64,000 nt of DNA from an uncultured cyanobacterium (GTDB lineage Bacteria; Cyanobacteriota; Cyanobacteriia; Phormidesmidales; Phormidesmidaceae), in NCBI GenBank assembly GCA_963793265.1, contig CAWBZI010000001.1, positions 128,001 through 192,000 on the forward strand, in the 5' to 3' direction. This document shows, in pieces, positions 1 through 8,965 of this stretch. Position numbers and translations under genes: made by a program. How positions within the stretch are numbered: position 1 is the first letter of the stretch; each line of letters opens with the position of its first letter. Under the pieces are notes generated by a model. That model had not been told where the DNA came from. It searched no databases and saw only the letters and a program-made list of their open reading frames with translations.

Positions 1-105
1 GCGGTTGCGGTGGATAGCTCTAGAGAGGGGCGATCGCCAGGGTGCAAGCTCCTGTGGGTCTGTCAGTGAAGATGTAGATGAATCTGTAGCGTCTGTAGCG
101 GTCAC
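1..105 (-). CDS. N-terminus of a pyridoxamine 5'-phosphate oxidase-like FMN flavoprotein (Npun_F5749 type); runs off the window edge
   Basis: Manual translation from GTG at 105 gives MTATDATDSSTSSLTDPQELAPWRSPLSRAIHRNR. LAPWRSxxxxAxHRNR is the typical N-terminus of this cyanobacterial family. Confidence 0.65.
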   Translation of the reverse strand, partial: MTATDATDSSTSSLTDPQELAPWRSPLSRAIHRNR

Positions 106-346
106 GGTAAAAAACCTATAGGAAGTTTTGTAAAAGACTTGTTTTCGGAAGTCGGCTATCGCTATTCTAAAGCTCTACTAAACCAGGACACTGCGGTGCA
201 TCGATACGTTGGCCGCACTTCATTTGCGGCGCGATCACGCCTTAGCGCAATGTGTTCGTGTATTAGCTATATATCTGGGTAATTTGATATAAGAGATCAA
301 GCCCAGCTCCTGCCCTCCTACGGAAGAAAGATTTTTTTACAGCCCT

Positions 347-1453
347 ATGAACATCTGGACGTTTGTGTACTTGGTCATAGGATTAGTTTTATTAGTAGGT
401 GGGGCGGAAGTTTTAGTCAAAGGCGCTTCTAAATTAGCGGCTACCATCGGCATATCGCCCCTCATCATTGGCTTAACGGTAGTGGCCTTTGGCACCAGTG
501 CCCCAGAACTTGCCGTCAGCATCAATGCCAGCTTGCACAACCAGGCCGATATCGCACTCGGCAATGTCGTTGGCAGCAACATCTGCAATATTTTGCTAAT
601 CCTCGGCGTATCGTCACTCATCGCCCCTCTAGTCGTTGCCCAGCAGCTCGTGCGGCTCGACGTACCGATTATGATCGGCGTTTCGGGGCTTGTCATGCTC
701 TTTGGGCTCGATGGCAACATAGGCCGCTCCGATGGGGTGGTCTTATTTGTGGGTGGCCTTATTTACACCTTATTTTTGCTGTATCAAAGCCGGAAAGAGA
801 AAGACCAAAACGTTCAGGATGAGTATGCCAAGTTTGGAGAGCGATCGCTTTCCAAAAAAGACACAGCTACCAACGCTGGCTTGTTTATTGTTGGCGCAAT
901 CATGCTGGTATCCGGCTCTCATTTATTAGTCGATAGCGCAGTCAGTATCGCCACCTTCTTCGGTGCTAGTCCATTAATCATTGGATTAACCGTCGTCGCC
1001 TTCGGGACTTCTTTACCCGAGCTAGCGACTTCAGTACTAGCCAGCTTTCGCGGCGAACGTGATATTGCTGTCGGCAATGTTATCGGCAGCAATATCTTCA
1101 ACATTTTGGTAGTGCTAGGGCTCACCAGCACCGTTTCTGGCACTGGCATCAACGTCTCAATTGAAGCAAGAGAGTTTGACATCCCCATCATGATCGCAGT
1201 CGCGGTGATGTGCTTTCCTATCTTCTTCACCGACAATCAGGTATCCAGGCGCGAGGGCATTTTGCTACTCGCCTACTACTTGCTGTACATCGGCTACCTA
1301 CTCGCCAACGCGACCAATCCAAATTCCTTCTGGGTCGGCTGGATTGGCATGGCAGTCGTGCCTTTAACGCTGCTGATGCTGGGGCTTTTGAGCTGGCGCA
1401 CTTGGGCGACGATGAAGCAAAAGAAAATAGATAAGAAGCTAGGCGATCACTAA
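347..1453 (+). CDS. Calcium/sodium antiporter (YrbG/CaCA family)
   Basis: Two alpha-repeats (GTSAPEL...GNVVGSN and GTSLPEL...GNVIGSN) and about 10 TM segments. Confidence 0.92.
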   Translation: MNIWTFVYLVIGLVLLVGGAEVLVKGASKLAATIGISPLIIGLTVVAFGTSAPELAVSINASLHNQADIALGNVVGSNICNILLILGVSSLIAPLVVAQQLVRLDVPIMIGVSGLVMLFGLDGNIGRSDGVVLFVGGLIYTLFLLYQSRKEKDQNVQDEYAKFGERSLSKKDTATNAGLFIVGAIMLVSGSHLLVDSAVSIATFFGASPLIIGLTVVAFGTSLPELATSVLASFRGERDIAVGNVIGSNIFNILVVLGLTSTVSGTGINVSIEAREFDIPIMIAVAVMCFPIFFTDNQVSRREGILLLAYYLLYIGYLLANATNPNSFWVGWIGMAVVPLTLLMLGLLSWRTWATMKQKKIDKKLGDH

Positions 1454-1473
1454 CAGCTAAGCCTCAAGAACGG

Positions 1474-2196
1474 TTAAGCCTCAGGTTCTACGCCTAAATT
1501 TCTAAGCTGTTCAGCCAGTCGGGCCGCTCTATGTTCGGCTTGCTGAGCCTCGAGCGTGGCTTGCCTTGCAGATTCCTCAGCTTGCCTTGCTTCCTCAACG
1601 GCTTGCCTCGCGGCTTCTGGCGGTGTCATAACCAGATCGCCGTTTTCTAAGAAGTACCGCAGTTGACCGTTGTAAACGCCTAGATGTAAGCCCATTACCT
1701 GACTCCATAAGAAGCCTGCCTGATTGTGCTCAATAGGTTGGTAGGTTCGATCAATGAGACGATAGCCTTCTAGCTCTAGGGTTTCAGGTGAAAACCAAAA
1801 GTATTCTGGCGTACGAAAGCGAGTTTGATACAGCTCTTTCTTCAGCGTTTTATCAACTTTTGCAGTGGAGTCTGAGAGCAGTTCAATAATGACATCAGGA
1901 TACTGTCCTGCCTCTTCCCAAACTACCCACGATTTTCGCGGTTTCTTTTCAGTTTGATTCACTAAGAAAAAGTCTGGGCCACGAAAGTCGCGGTTTTTTA
2001 GCTGCTCTTTGCTGAAATAAATGGTGAGATTTGCACCGATGAAAAAATCCGTTCGATCTCTCCACAGCCATTCTAAGCAGGCCACCAGTAGGGCGAGCTG
2101 AGCGTAGTGTAGGGAACTTTCCATTTCAGGCTCGTTACTTTCTATTTGGGAGGCGTCTGGCATGAGATCGGCCAGTTCGCGAGCGCTAAAAACCAT
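1474..2196 (-). CDS. Uma2 family (DUF820) restriction-endonuclease-like protein
   Basis: GPDFFLV, WVVWEE, PDVIIELLS-ST, K-LY, EYFWF motifs; C-terminal coiled tail ending LRNLGVEP. Confidence 0.9.
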   Translation of the reverse strand: MVFSARELADLMPDASQIESNEPEMESSLHYAQLALLVACLEWLWRDRTDFFIGANLTIYFSKEQLKNRDFRGPDFFLVNQTEKKPRKSWVVWEEAGQYPDVIIELLSDSTAKVDKTLKKELYQTRFRTPEYFWFSPETLELEGYRLIDRTYQPIEHNQAGFLWSQVMGLHLGVYNGQLRYFLENGDLVMTPPEAARQAVEEARQAEESARQATLEAQQAEHRAARLAEQLRNLGVEPEA

Positions 2197-2228
2197 GGCT
2201 CATTTTGCTTATAAAGGGCACGATACTT

Positions 2229-3851
2229 TCATTGTACGGTGATTTTTTCCACCGTTTGCTGTAAAGCTGAATTGAGCACTTTGGCTAAGTGCATCGGATC
2301 GACGCCAAGTAGCGATCGCTCCTCACTCGCTTTAATAGCCGCCTGAGAATGCCACCAAACCGCACTACAAACAGAGGACGTAAGTGAATCAGGCTGATTT
2401 TTCCACTGACCAGACTGTGCGGCACTTGCAAGCAGCCCGCCCATAAGACCTGTGAGTACATCACCGCTACCACCTCGGGCAAGTGCGGGTGTACTCTGTG
2501 GATTGAACCAAAGGTTTTGACCAGAATCTAGACCAGAGGCGATCACACTTCTTGGCCCCTTCAACAAAATAATGGCGCTACTCACCTGAGCCGCCTTCAA
2601 CGCCATCTCTCCCGGCCAACCCTTTTCACCGTGAAGGTCTGGGAACAAACGCTTAAACTCACCGGGGTGAGGGGTTAGGACGGTGGGCGCTGTGCGATCT
2701 TGAAGCGTTTGAATAGGATTATTTTTTGCTAGTAGGTTCAAGCCATCGGCATCTAAAAGCAGTGGGCACTCAGCAGCGAGAACTTGTTGAAGGAGAGCTG
2801 GGACGGTTGGGGTAAGGCCGGGGCCAAGGGCGATCGCATCATATTTACTTAAGTCCAAATCATCAGGCAAAGCAGCGATCGCCCCCGATTCTGTTTCTGC
2901 GCATCCTACTAACAAAGCCCCCGGCAACTGCGGCAGCAGGGCTAATCGAATAGACTCCGGCACTGCCAAAGTGAGCATTCCAACACCGCTAGCCGTAGCG
3001 CCTAAGCCCGTCAGCAAAGCAGCGCCCGCATACTGGCGCGAACCGGCAATCAGCAGCAGATGACCGGCTTTGTATTTGTGTGCGGTGAGGGCGCGATTGA
3101 GAGGGAGATGGGCGATCGCAAACTCATCTGTAATCCGCTGAATCGCAGGCTTCGCGCCCAACACCGCCGTTATATCCGCCAGCGGAATATCAAAATCAAT
3201 CAGGTCGCACTGTCCCAAATGAGCCAGCGCCTCTTCTTGCATAAAGCCTCGTTTCCACAGACCTAGACAGGCCGTGAAGTTTGCCTTAATAGCTGCGCCC
3301 ATTACCTCGCCGGTATCGGTATGAATGCCAGAGGGTAAATCGATGCTGAAGATGAGCGATCGCGTTTCATTAACCGCTTTAATATCATCTGCCAGCGAGC
3401 CCTCAATATCACGCGTCAGGCCAAACCCAAACCAACCATCGACAATGGCATCGCACTCAGCGAGTTCTCTCACCGTTTCGACAAAAGGAACGCCCAAACT
3501 TTTAACATAGTGCGCGTGCTGTTCGGTCAGCGGCTTCAGGCTACCAAAGGGCTGATACACCCTTACCGCGAAGCCTGCAAAGTGAAGCTCCCGAGCGACT
3601 ACCAGCGCATCGCCGCCATTATGACCGGGGCCAGCTAGCACGCCAACCTCAGCATTTTCTATCTCACAGCGCGCCATAAACCAATCAACCAGCCGCCCCG
3701 AGACTTTCTCCATCAGAGCGGATACCGGCATTCCTGCATCGAAGATGCGCTGCTCTACCTGCTGCATTTGCTCAGCAGTCACAATAAAAGGCGCAATCTC
3801 ATCGCGAGAAAGCAACCGTTTCGAGATGCTATCGCCTGATTTTACGCTCAT
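2229..3851 (-). CDS. nnr: Bifunctional NAD(P)HX epimerase/dehydratase (YjeF)
   Basis: GPGHNGGD and DLPSG in the YjeF_N domain; HKYKAG, GPGL, DADGL, TPHPGEF and GGSGDVLTG in the carbohydrate-kinase-like domain. Confidence 0.93.
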   Translation of the reverse strand: MSVKSGDSISKRLLSRDEIAPFIVTAEQMQQVEQRIFDAGMPVSALMEKVSGRLVDWFMARCEIENAEVGVLAGPGHNGGDALVVARELHFAGFAVRVYQPFGSLKPLTEQHAHYVKSLGVPFVETVRELAECDAIVDGWFGFGLTRDIEGSLADDIKAVNETRSLIFSIDLPSGIHTDTGEVMGAAIKANFTACLGLWKRGFMQEEALAHLGQCDLIDFDIPLADITAVLGAKPAIQRITDEFAIAHLPLNRALTAHKYKAGHLLLIAGSRQYAGAALLTGLGATASGVGMLTLAVPESIRLALLPQLPGALLVGCAETESGAIAALPDDLDLSKYDAIALGPGLTPTVPALLQQVLAAECPLLLDADGLNLLAKNNPIQTLQDRTAPTVLTPHPGEFKRLFPDLHGEKGWPGEMALKAAQVSSAIILLKGPRSVIASGLDSGQNLWFNPQSTPALARGGSGDVLTGLMGGLLASAAQSGQWKNQPDSLTSSVCSAVWWHSQAAIKASEERSLLGVDPMHLAKVLNSALQQTVEKITVQ

Positions 3852-3952
3852 GAACTACGCCTCTTTACCTGCAAGCATCCGGGGCATACCAGCTACCTGA
3901 TCGCCCCTATATACCTGTCTATGATGGCGTATCAGTAGAACACGATGCGTCC

Positions 3953-4771
<819 letters not shown>

Positions 4772-4937
4772 TTACTTAAATAACCGACAGGTTTACAGTT
4801 GCTACATGAAAATACCGTAAACCTTGAGGCCGTTGAAGCAAAAGGCTGAATCGATTGGCCCAGCTTCACAATTCCAGGTTGTGCTTTACGAATACGTGAA
4901 GCTGGCGCAGTGTGGGAACGAAAGTATCAAAGTTGAT

Positions 4938-4978
4938 AAAAGAAGCGCCGCTTTAGCTGAAAAGTCTAAGGCGGCGCT
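4938..4978 (-). terminator. Intrinsic terminator downstream of the DUF2808-like gene
   Basis: AGCGCCGCTTTAG / CTAAGGCGGCGCT stem; on the minus strand it is followed by TTCTTTT. Confidence 0.65.
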
Positions 4979-5016
4979 CGTGGGTTAGGTTGCCCATATC
5001 CATCAGCAAAAGTTAA

Positions 5017-5635
5017 TTAGTGCCGGAAAAAACGCCGACGGGTAGGCGCGTAGAAATCGAGCCGTTCGACTCCGGCATACTGCCCTTCGATGGCTCCGAC
5101 TGGAAAAGCAGTGAGCCGGTATATGTAGATGCCATCACGCGGATTGCGAGCTTTTAGTGCGACTGTGACCGGACGGCCCGGCTCAACGGGTGGGTCAAAT
5201 TCTACGGTGAGGGTTCTTTCAGAGCGACCGCCATCTACTACATTTAGAGGCAGGCGATCGCGGCTATCAGCATCAAATGCGTAGCTATCGTCATCGTCAT
5301 AGCGAGGATAGTCAACGCCCTCAATCTGCTCAAACACTATCTTCTCTAACGGCTCAACCGCATCAGCCGGAAAATCAAACGTAAATAGATAGTTCGAGCG
5401 GCGATATTGCAAGTTGTTAGGGATGCGTACGTTAGTTACGCGCAGCGGCCTGCGAAAGCTGATTGCAGAATTAGTAGCCGGTGTTAGTCCCGACAGTTCA
5501 GCATGCAGGCTGAGATTCCTCAAGCTGTTCGGATGAGGAAGGGAGATTGAGGCTTTCTTGGGCTATGGCCGGAGCAAGGGACGCTACTAAAACTGAGGCA
5601 ATGGCGATTGGAAACAGGCGAGAAAGGCTAGTCAT
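5017..5635 (-). pseudogene. DUF2808-like secreted protein; signal-peptide segment is out of frame with the body
   Basis: Body 5017..5523 has YLFTFDFPADAVEPL, VEFDPPVEPG, NPRDGIYIY and AFPVG (DUF2808-like). ATG at 5635 encodes MTSLSRLFPIAIASVLVASLAPAIA-QES but stops at 5500..5498 and is offset by 1 nt from the body frame. Confidence 0.55.
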
Positions 5636-5734
5636 GGGGAGCGATCGCAAGCAGCATCCACTAAATTCTAAATTAAATAAAGTTGAATCAACAAAACCTT
5701 TGCCCTACCATGCCAACAGCCCTTCCTTTCCTAA

Positions 5735-7132
5735 ATGCTTTTATCCATCACCACCACTCACCAGCCCGCAACCGATCTGGGCCATCTGCTACACAAGCAC
5801 CCCGATCGCCTTCAGACCTTTCCGATGAACTTTGGGCCGGTGAGCTGTGGAAAAGCACACGTGTTTTACCCAGAGGCCACCACTGAAAGCTGTACGGTGT
5901 TGCTGTTGCTAGAAGTCGATCCGGCTGGGCGTGATAAGTCAGCTTTTGAAAAGCAAAGTGTGCTCAACCAAACCATCAACGATCGGCCCTATGTGGCCTC
6001 GTCTTTTCTGAGCGTAGCGATGCTCAAGGTGTTCAAAACTGCAATGCTAGGCCGTTCTACAGATCGCCCCGGTTTGGCGCTTAGCCAAATTCCATTGACC
6101 GTAAGCATCCCTGTTTTACCCTGTAGAGGTGGAGAGTTCTTTTTACAGCAGCTATTCGAGCCGTTAGGCTATGAAGCTACGGGCGATCCAATTCCTTTAG
6201 ATCAAACCTTTTCAGATTGGGGAGAAAGTAATTATCTCTCCGTCACGCTCAAGAATACTGTTCGACTAGCTGACTTGCTCAATCATCTATGTGTATTGAT
6301 TCCTGCGTTGGATGATGAAAAATACGATTGGCTAGTAGCAGAGGACATTCATAGACTGTTGCAGCGAGGAGAGAAATGGTTAGCGAAGCATCCAGCGAGA
6401 GAGGTGATCGCCCGCAGGTATCAGCCCCAAAAGCCACGCTACTCTAATGCACCGCTGGCCCGGTTAGAAGAAGACATCTCTTTCGACGCTGAAGCAGAAG
6501 AGAGAGAATATGTTTGGAAGGCGATCGCAGCTCAAAAGCCCAATAATCTACAGCAGCGCCGACTGACCGCAGTCGTTGAAGTACTAAAGGAGCGGGGTGC
6601 TAAGAATGTCGTTGACCTTGGCTGCGGGGAAGGCGATTTACTCGAAAAGCTAAGTGAAGATGATTTGTTTGAGAAGATCGTAGGTGTTGATGTCTCTCAG
6701 CTTGCGATCAGTCAGGCCAGGAAGAAATTGAATTTAGATGACATTTCAGAATCACAGCGCCCACAAGTTTTACAGGGTTCGCTGCTGTATGAGGACGAGC
6801 GATTACAAGGTTGTGATGCGTTGACCATAGTAGAAGTTATCGAGCATATTAATAGCGATCGCCTCCCCGAATTCGAGCATATCGTCTTTGAATTCATACG
6901 GCCAAAAACAATTATTCTAACGACCCCAAATGCTGAATACAACGTGCGCTATCCAATGCCACTAGGCGCATTCCGCGATCCAGACCACCGTTTTGAATGG
7001 ACTCGACAGGAATTTAAGAAGTGGGCTGAGGCGATCGCTAAGCAATACGGCTACACGCTCACCGTCACGGGCATTGGTGATGAGTATTTTGAGCTAGGAA
7101 CGCCGACGCAGATGGGTGTGTTTTGCAGATGA
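5735..7132 (+). CDS. hen1: 3'-terminal RNA ribose 2'-O-methyltransferase Hen1
   Basis: N-terminal ligase-activating domain (ATDLGHLLHKHPDR, NDRPYVASSFLSVA); C-terminal methyltransferase with DLGCGEG, EVIEH, TTPNAEYN and DHRFEWTR. Confidence 0.95.
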   Translation: MLLSITTTHQPATDLGHLLHKHPDRLQTFPMNFGPVSCGKAHVFYPEATTESCTVLLLLEVDPAGRDKSAFEKQSVLNQTINDRPYVASSFLSVAMLKVFKTAMLGRSTDRPGLALSQIPLTVSIPVLPCRGGEFFLQQLFEPLGYEATGDPIPLDQTFSDWGESNYLSVTLKNTVRLADLLNHLCVLIPALDDEKYDWLVAEDIHRLLQRGEKWLAKHPAREVIARRYQPQKPRYSNAPLARLEEDISFDAEAEEREYVWKAIAAQKPNNLQQRRLTAVVEVLKERGAKNVVDLGCGEGDLLEKLSEDDLFEKIVGVDVSQLAISQARKKLNLDDISESQRPQVLQGSLLYEDERLQGCDALTIVEVIEHINSDRLPEFEHIVFEFIRPKTIILTTPNAEYNVRYPMPLGAFRDPDHRFEWTRQEFKKWAEAIAKQYGYTLTVTGIGDEYFELGTPTQMGVFCR

Positions 7133-8895
7133 AGTTAACTATTCCAACGCGATCACTCGTAATTCTAATGGGTGCTTCAGGCTCAGGAAAGTCTTCCTTC
7201 GCTAAAAAGCACTTTAAAGCAACAGAAATTCTATCGTCTGATAAGTTCAGAGCAATGGTGCGCGACGATGAAAGCGATCAGTCAGCCTCTAAAGATGCTT
7301 TTGACGTGCTGCACTATGTGCTGAGAAAGCGGCTAGCGGCGGGGCGGCTGACGGTGATAGATGCGACGAATGTACGCTCGAAAGACAGGCGGTCTTTGCT
7401 GAAGCTAGCGGAGGAGTATCAGGTGAGTGTGGTTGCGATCGCCCTCAACCTTCCAGAGTCAATCTGCCAAAAGCGCAACCAGCAACGGCCAAATCGGCAG
7501 GTACCTTCTGAAGTGGTGAGTAATCAGGTGGAGAGTTTGGGGCGATCGCTAGCCAACCTAAACCAAGCAAGATTTCACCATGTCTATATCCTCACCACTC
7601 CCGAAGAAATTGACGCTGTTGAAATAGAACGAAAACAAATCTCCAAGCCCCACAGCGACAGGCTAAACGTCACCCATCTACTCGGTAAAAAAGTACTGGC
7701 TACTCGTCTCTACAAAAAGATCACCCTCAGACCAGAAAACACCGCCGCTGCCCTAGAAGTCATAAGCCGGTTCGCTCTCAATCCAAAATGGCTAATCTAC
7801 CTACCGCCCACTACCCCACCTGTAGAAACCTCAACCCTTCCTAACTTTTTAGAGCACCCCACAGCCGCCTTCGACTACTACCGTCAGCAAGGCGTCGAAA
7901 CCCTTATGTGTCAAGAAAAACATATGGGAACGCGAGCCGTCATCATCCTATGTCGCAACGAATCGGTGGTGCAAAAGCGATTCGGTCTATCAGAAGCCAG
8001 TATCGGCACCTGCTACACGCGCACCGGACGACGTTTTTTTGACAATTCAGCTTTAGAAAAAGACTTTTTAACGCGCATAAGTGACGCTTTGACCCAGGCG
8101 AACTTTTGGAAAACATTTGCAACTGATTGGATCTGCTTTGAAGGCGAGATAATGCCCTGGTCGCTCAAAGCGAAAGGACTCATAAAACACCGATACGCCG
8201 CAGTTGGAACAGCCGCTACGCACGGACTAGACGCTGCTATCAATCATCTCAAAAGCGCCAATAGCCGCATAGATGTCTCCAACGTGCTATCTCAATATCA
8301 ACATAAAAAAGAGCTATCCCAACAGTACGTAGCTGCCTACCGTAAGCACTGCTGGCCGGTCAATGAACTTTCAGATTTGAAGCTAGCGCCCTTTCACATT
8401 CTGGCAACCGAAGGCAAAGTCCATACCGACAAAACGCATGAATGGCATATGCAGCAAATTGCCAAATGGACTCAGTTTAATACCGAGCTGCTGCTCTCTA
8501 CTCGCTATAAAACCGTTCACGTAAATGATGAAAATAGCTGCGCAGAAGGCATTCGCTGGTGGGAAGATCTGACGGCGGCGGGCGGCGATGGCATAGTGAT
8601 CAAGCCTATGGATTTTATTCACCAGGGGCAAAAGGGAGTTGTGCAACCGGCTTTGAAATGTCGAGGGATGGAGGCTTTGCGGCTGGTGTATGGGCCGGAG
8701 TATTCGCTGCCAGAGAATTTGGTGCGGTTGAAGAAAAGGGGATTGGGGAAGAAACGTGCGATCGCCTTTAGAGAATTCGCACTAGGCATAGAATCCTTAG
8801 AACGATTCGTCAATAAAAACTCACTCCAAGACGTTCACGAGTGCGTGTTTGGAATTCTCGCCCTGGAAAGTGAGTCTGTAGACCCCAGACTGTGA
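7129..8895 (+). CDS. pnkp: Pnkp-like polynucleotide kinase-RNA ligase fusion lacking the phosphatase domain
   Basis: ATGA overlap with the hen1 stop. Kinase motifs GASGSGKS, SSDKFR, DATN. Ligase motifs EKHMGTR, EGEIMPWS, LAPFHILATEG, DGIVIKP, KCRG, C-terminal ESVDPRL. No metallophosphoesterase motifs. Confidence 0.9.
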   Translation: MKLTIPTRSLVILMGASGSGKSSFAKKHFKATEILSSDKFRAMVRDDESDQSASKDAFDVLHYVLRKRLAAGRLTVIDATNVRSKDRRSLLKLAEEYQVSVVAIALNLPESICQKRNQQRPNRQVPSEVVSNQVESLGRSLANLNQARFHHVYILTTPEEIDAVEIERKQISKPHSDRLNVTHLLGKKVLATRLYKKITLRPENTAAALEVISRFALNPKWLIYLPPTTPPVETSTLPNFLEHPTAAFDYYRQQGVETLMCQEKHMGTRAVIILCRNESVVQKRFGLSEASIGTCYTRTGRRFFDNSALEKDFLTRISDALTQANFWKTFATDWICFEGEIMPWSLKAKGLIKHRYAAVGTAATHGLDAAINHLKSANSRIDVSNVLSQYQHKKELSQQYVAAYRKHCWPVNELSDLKLAPFHILATEGKVHTDKTHEWHMQQIAKWTQFNTELLLSTRYKTVHVNDENSCAEGIRWWEDLTAAGGDGIVIKPMDFIHQGQKGVVQPALKCRGMEALRLVYGPEYSLPENLVRLKKRGLGKKRAIAFREFALGIESLERFVNKNSLQDVHECVFGILALESESVDPRL

Positions 8896-8965
8896 TATTA
8901 AAGGCCACATAGCGTTACGATCAGACAAAGCGCGATCGCCTCAACTCCATAAACCTCTCCCTTTT

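Noticed and set aside
180..262. Possible riboswitch upstream of the Ca/Na antiporter
   Set aside because: Only weak short hairpins, with no aptamer consensus or expression platform that I can recognise.
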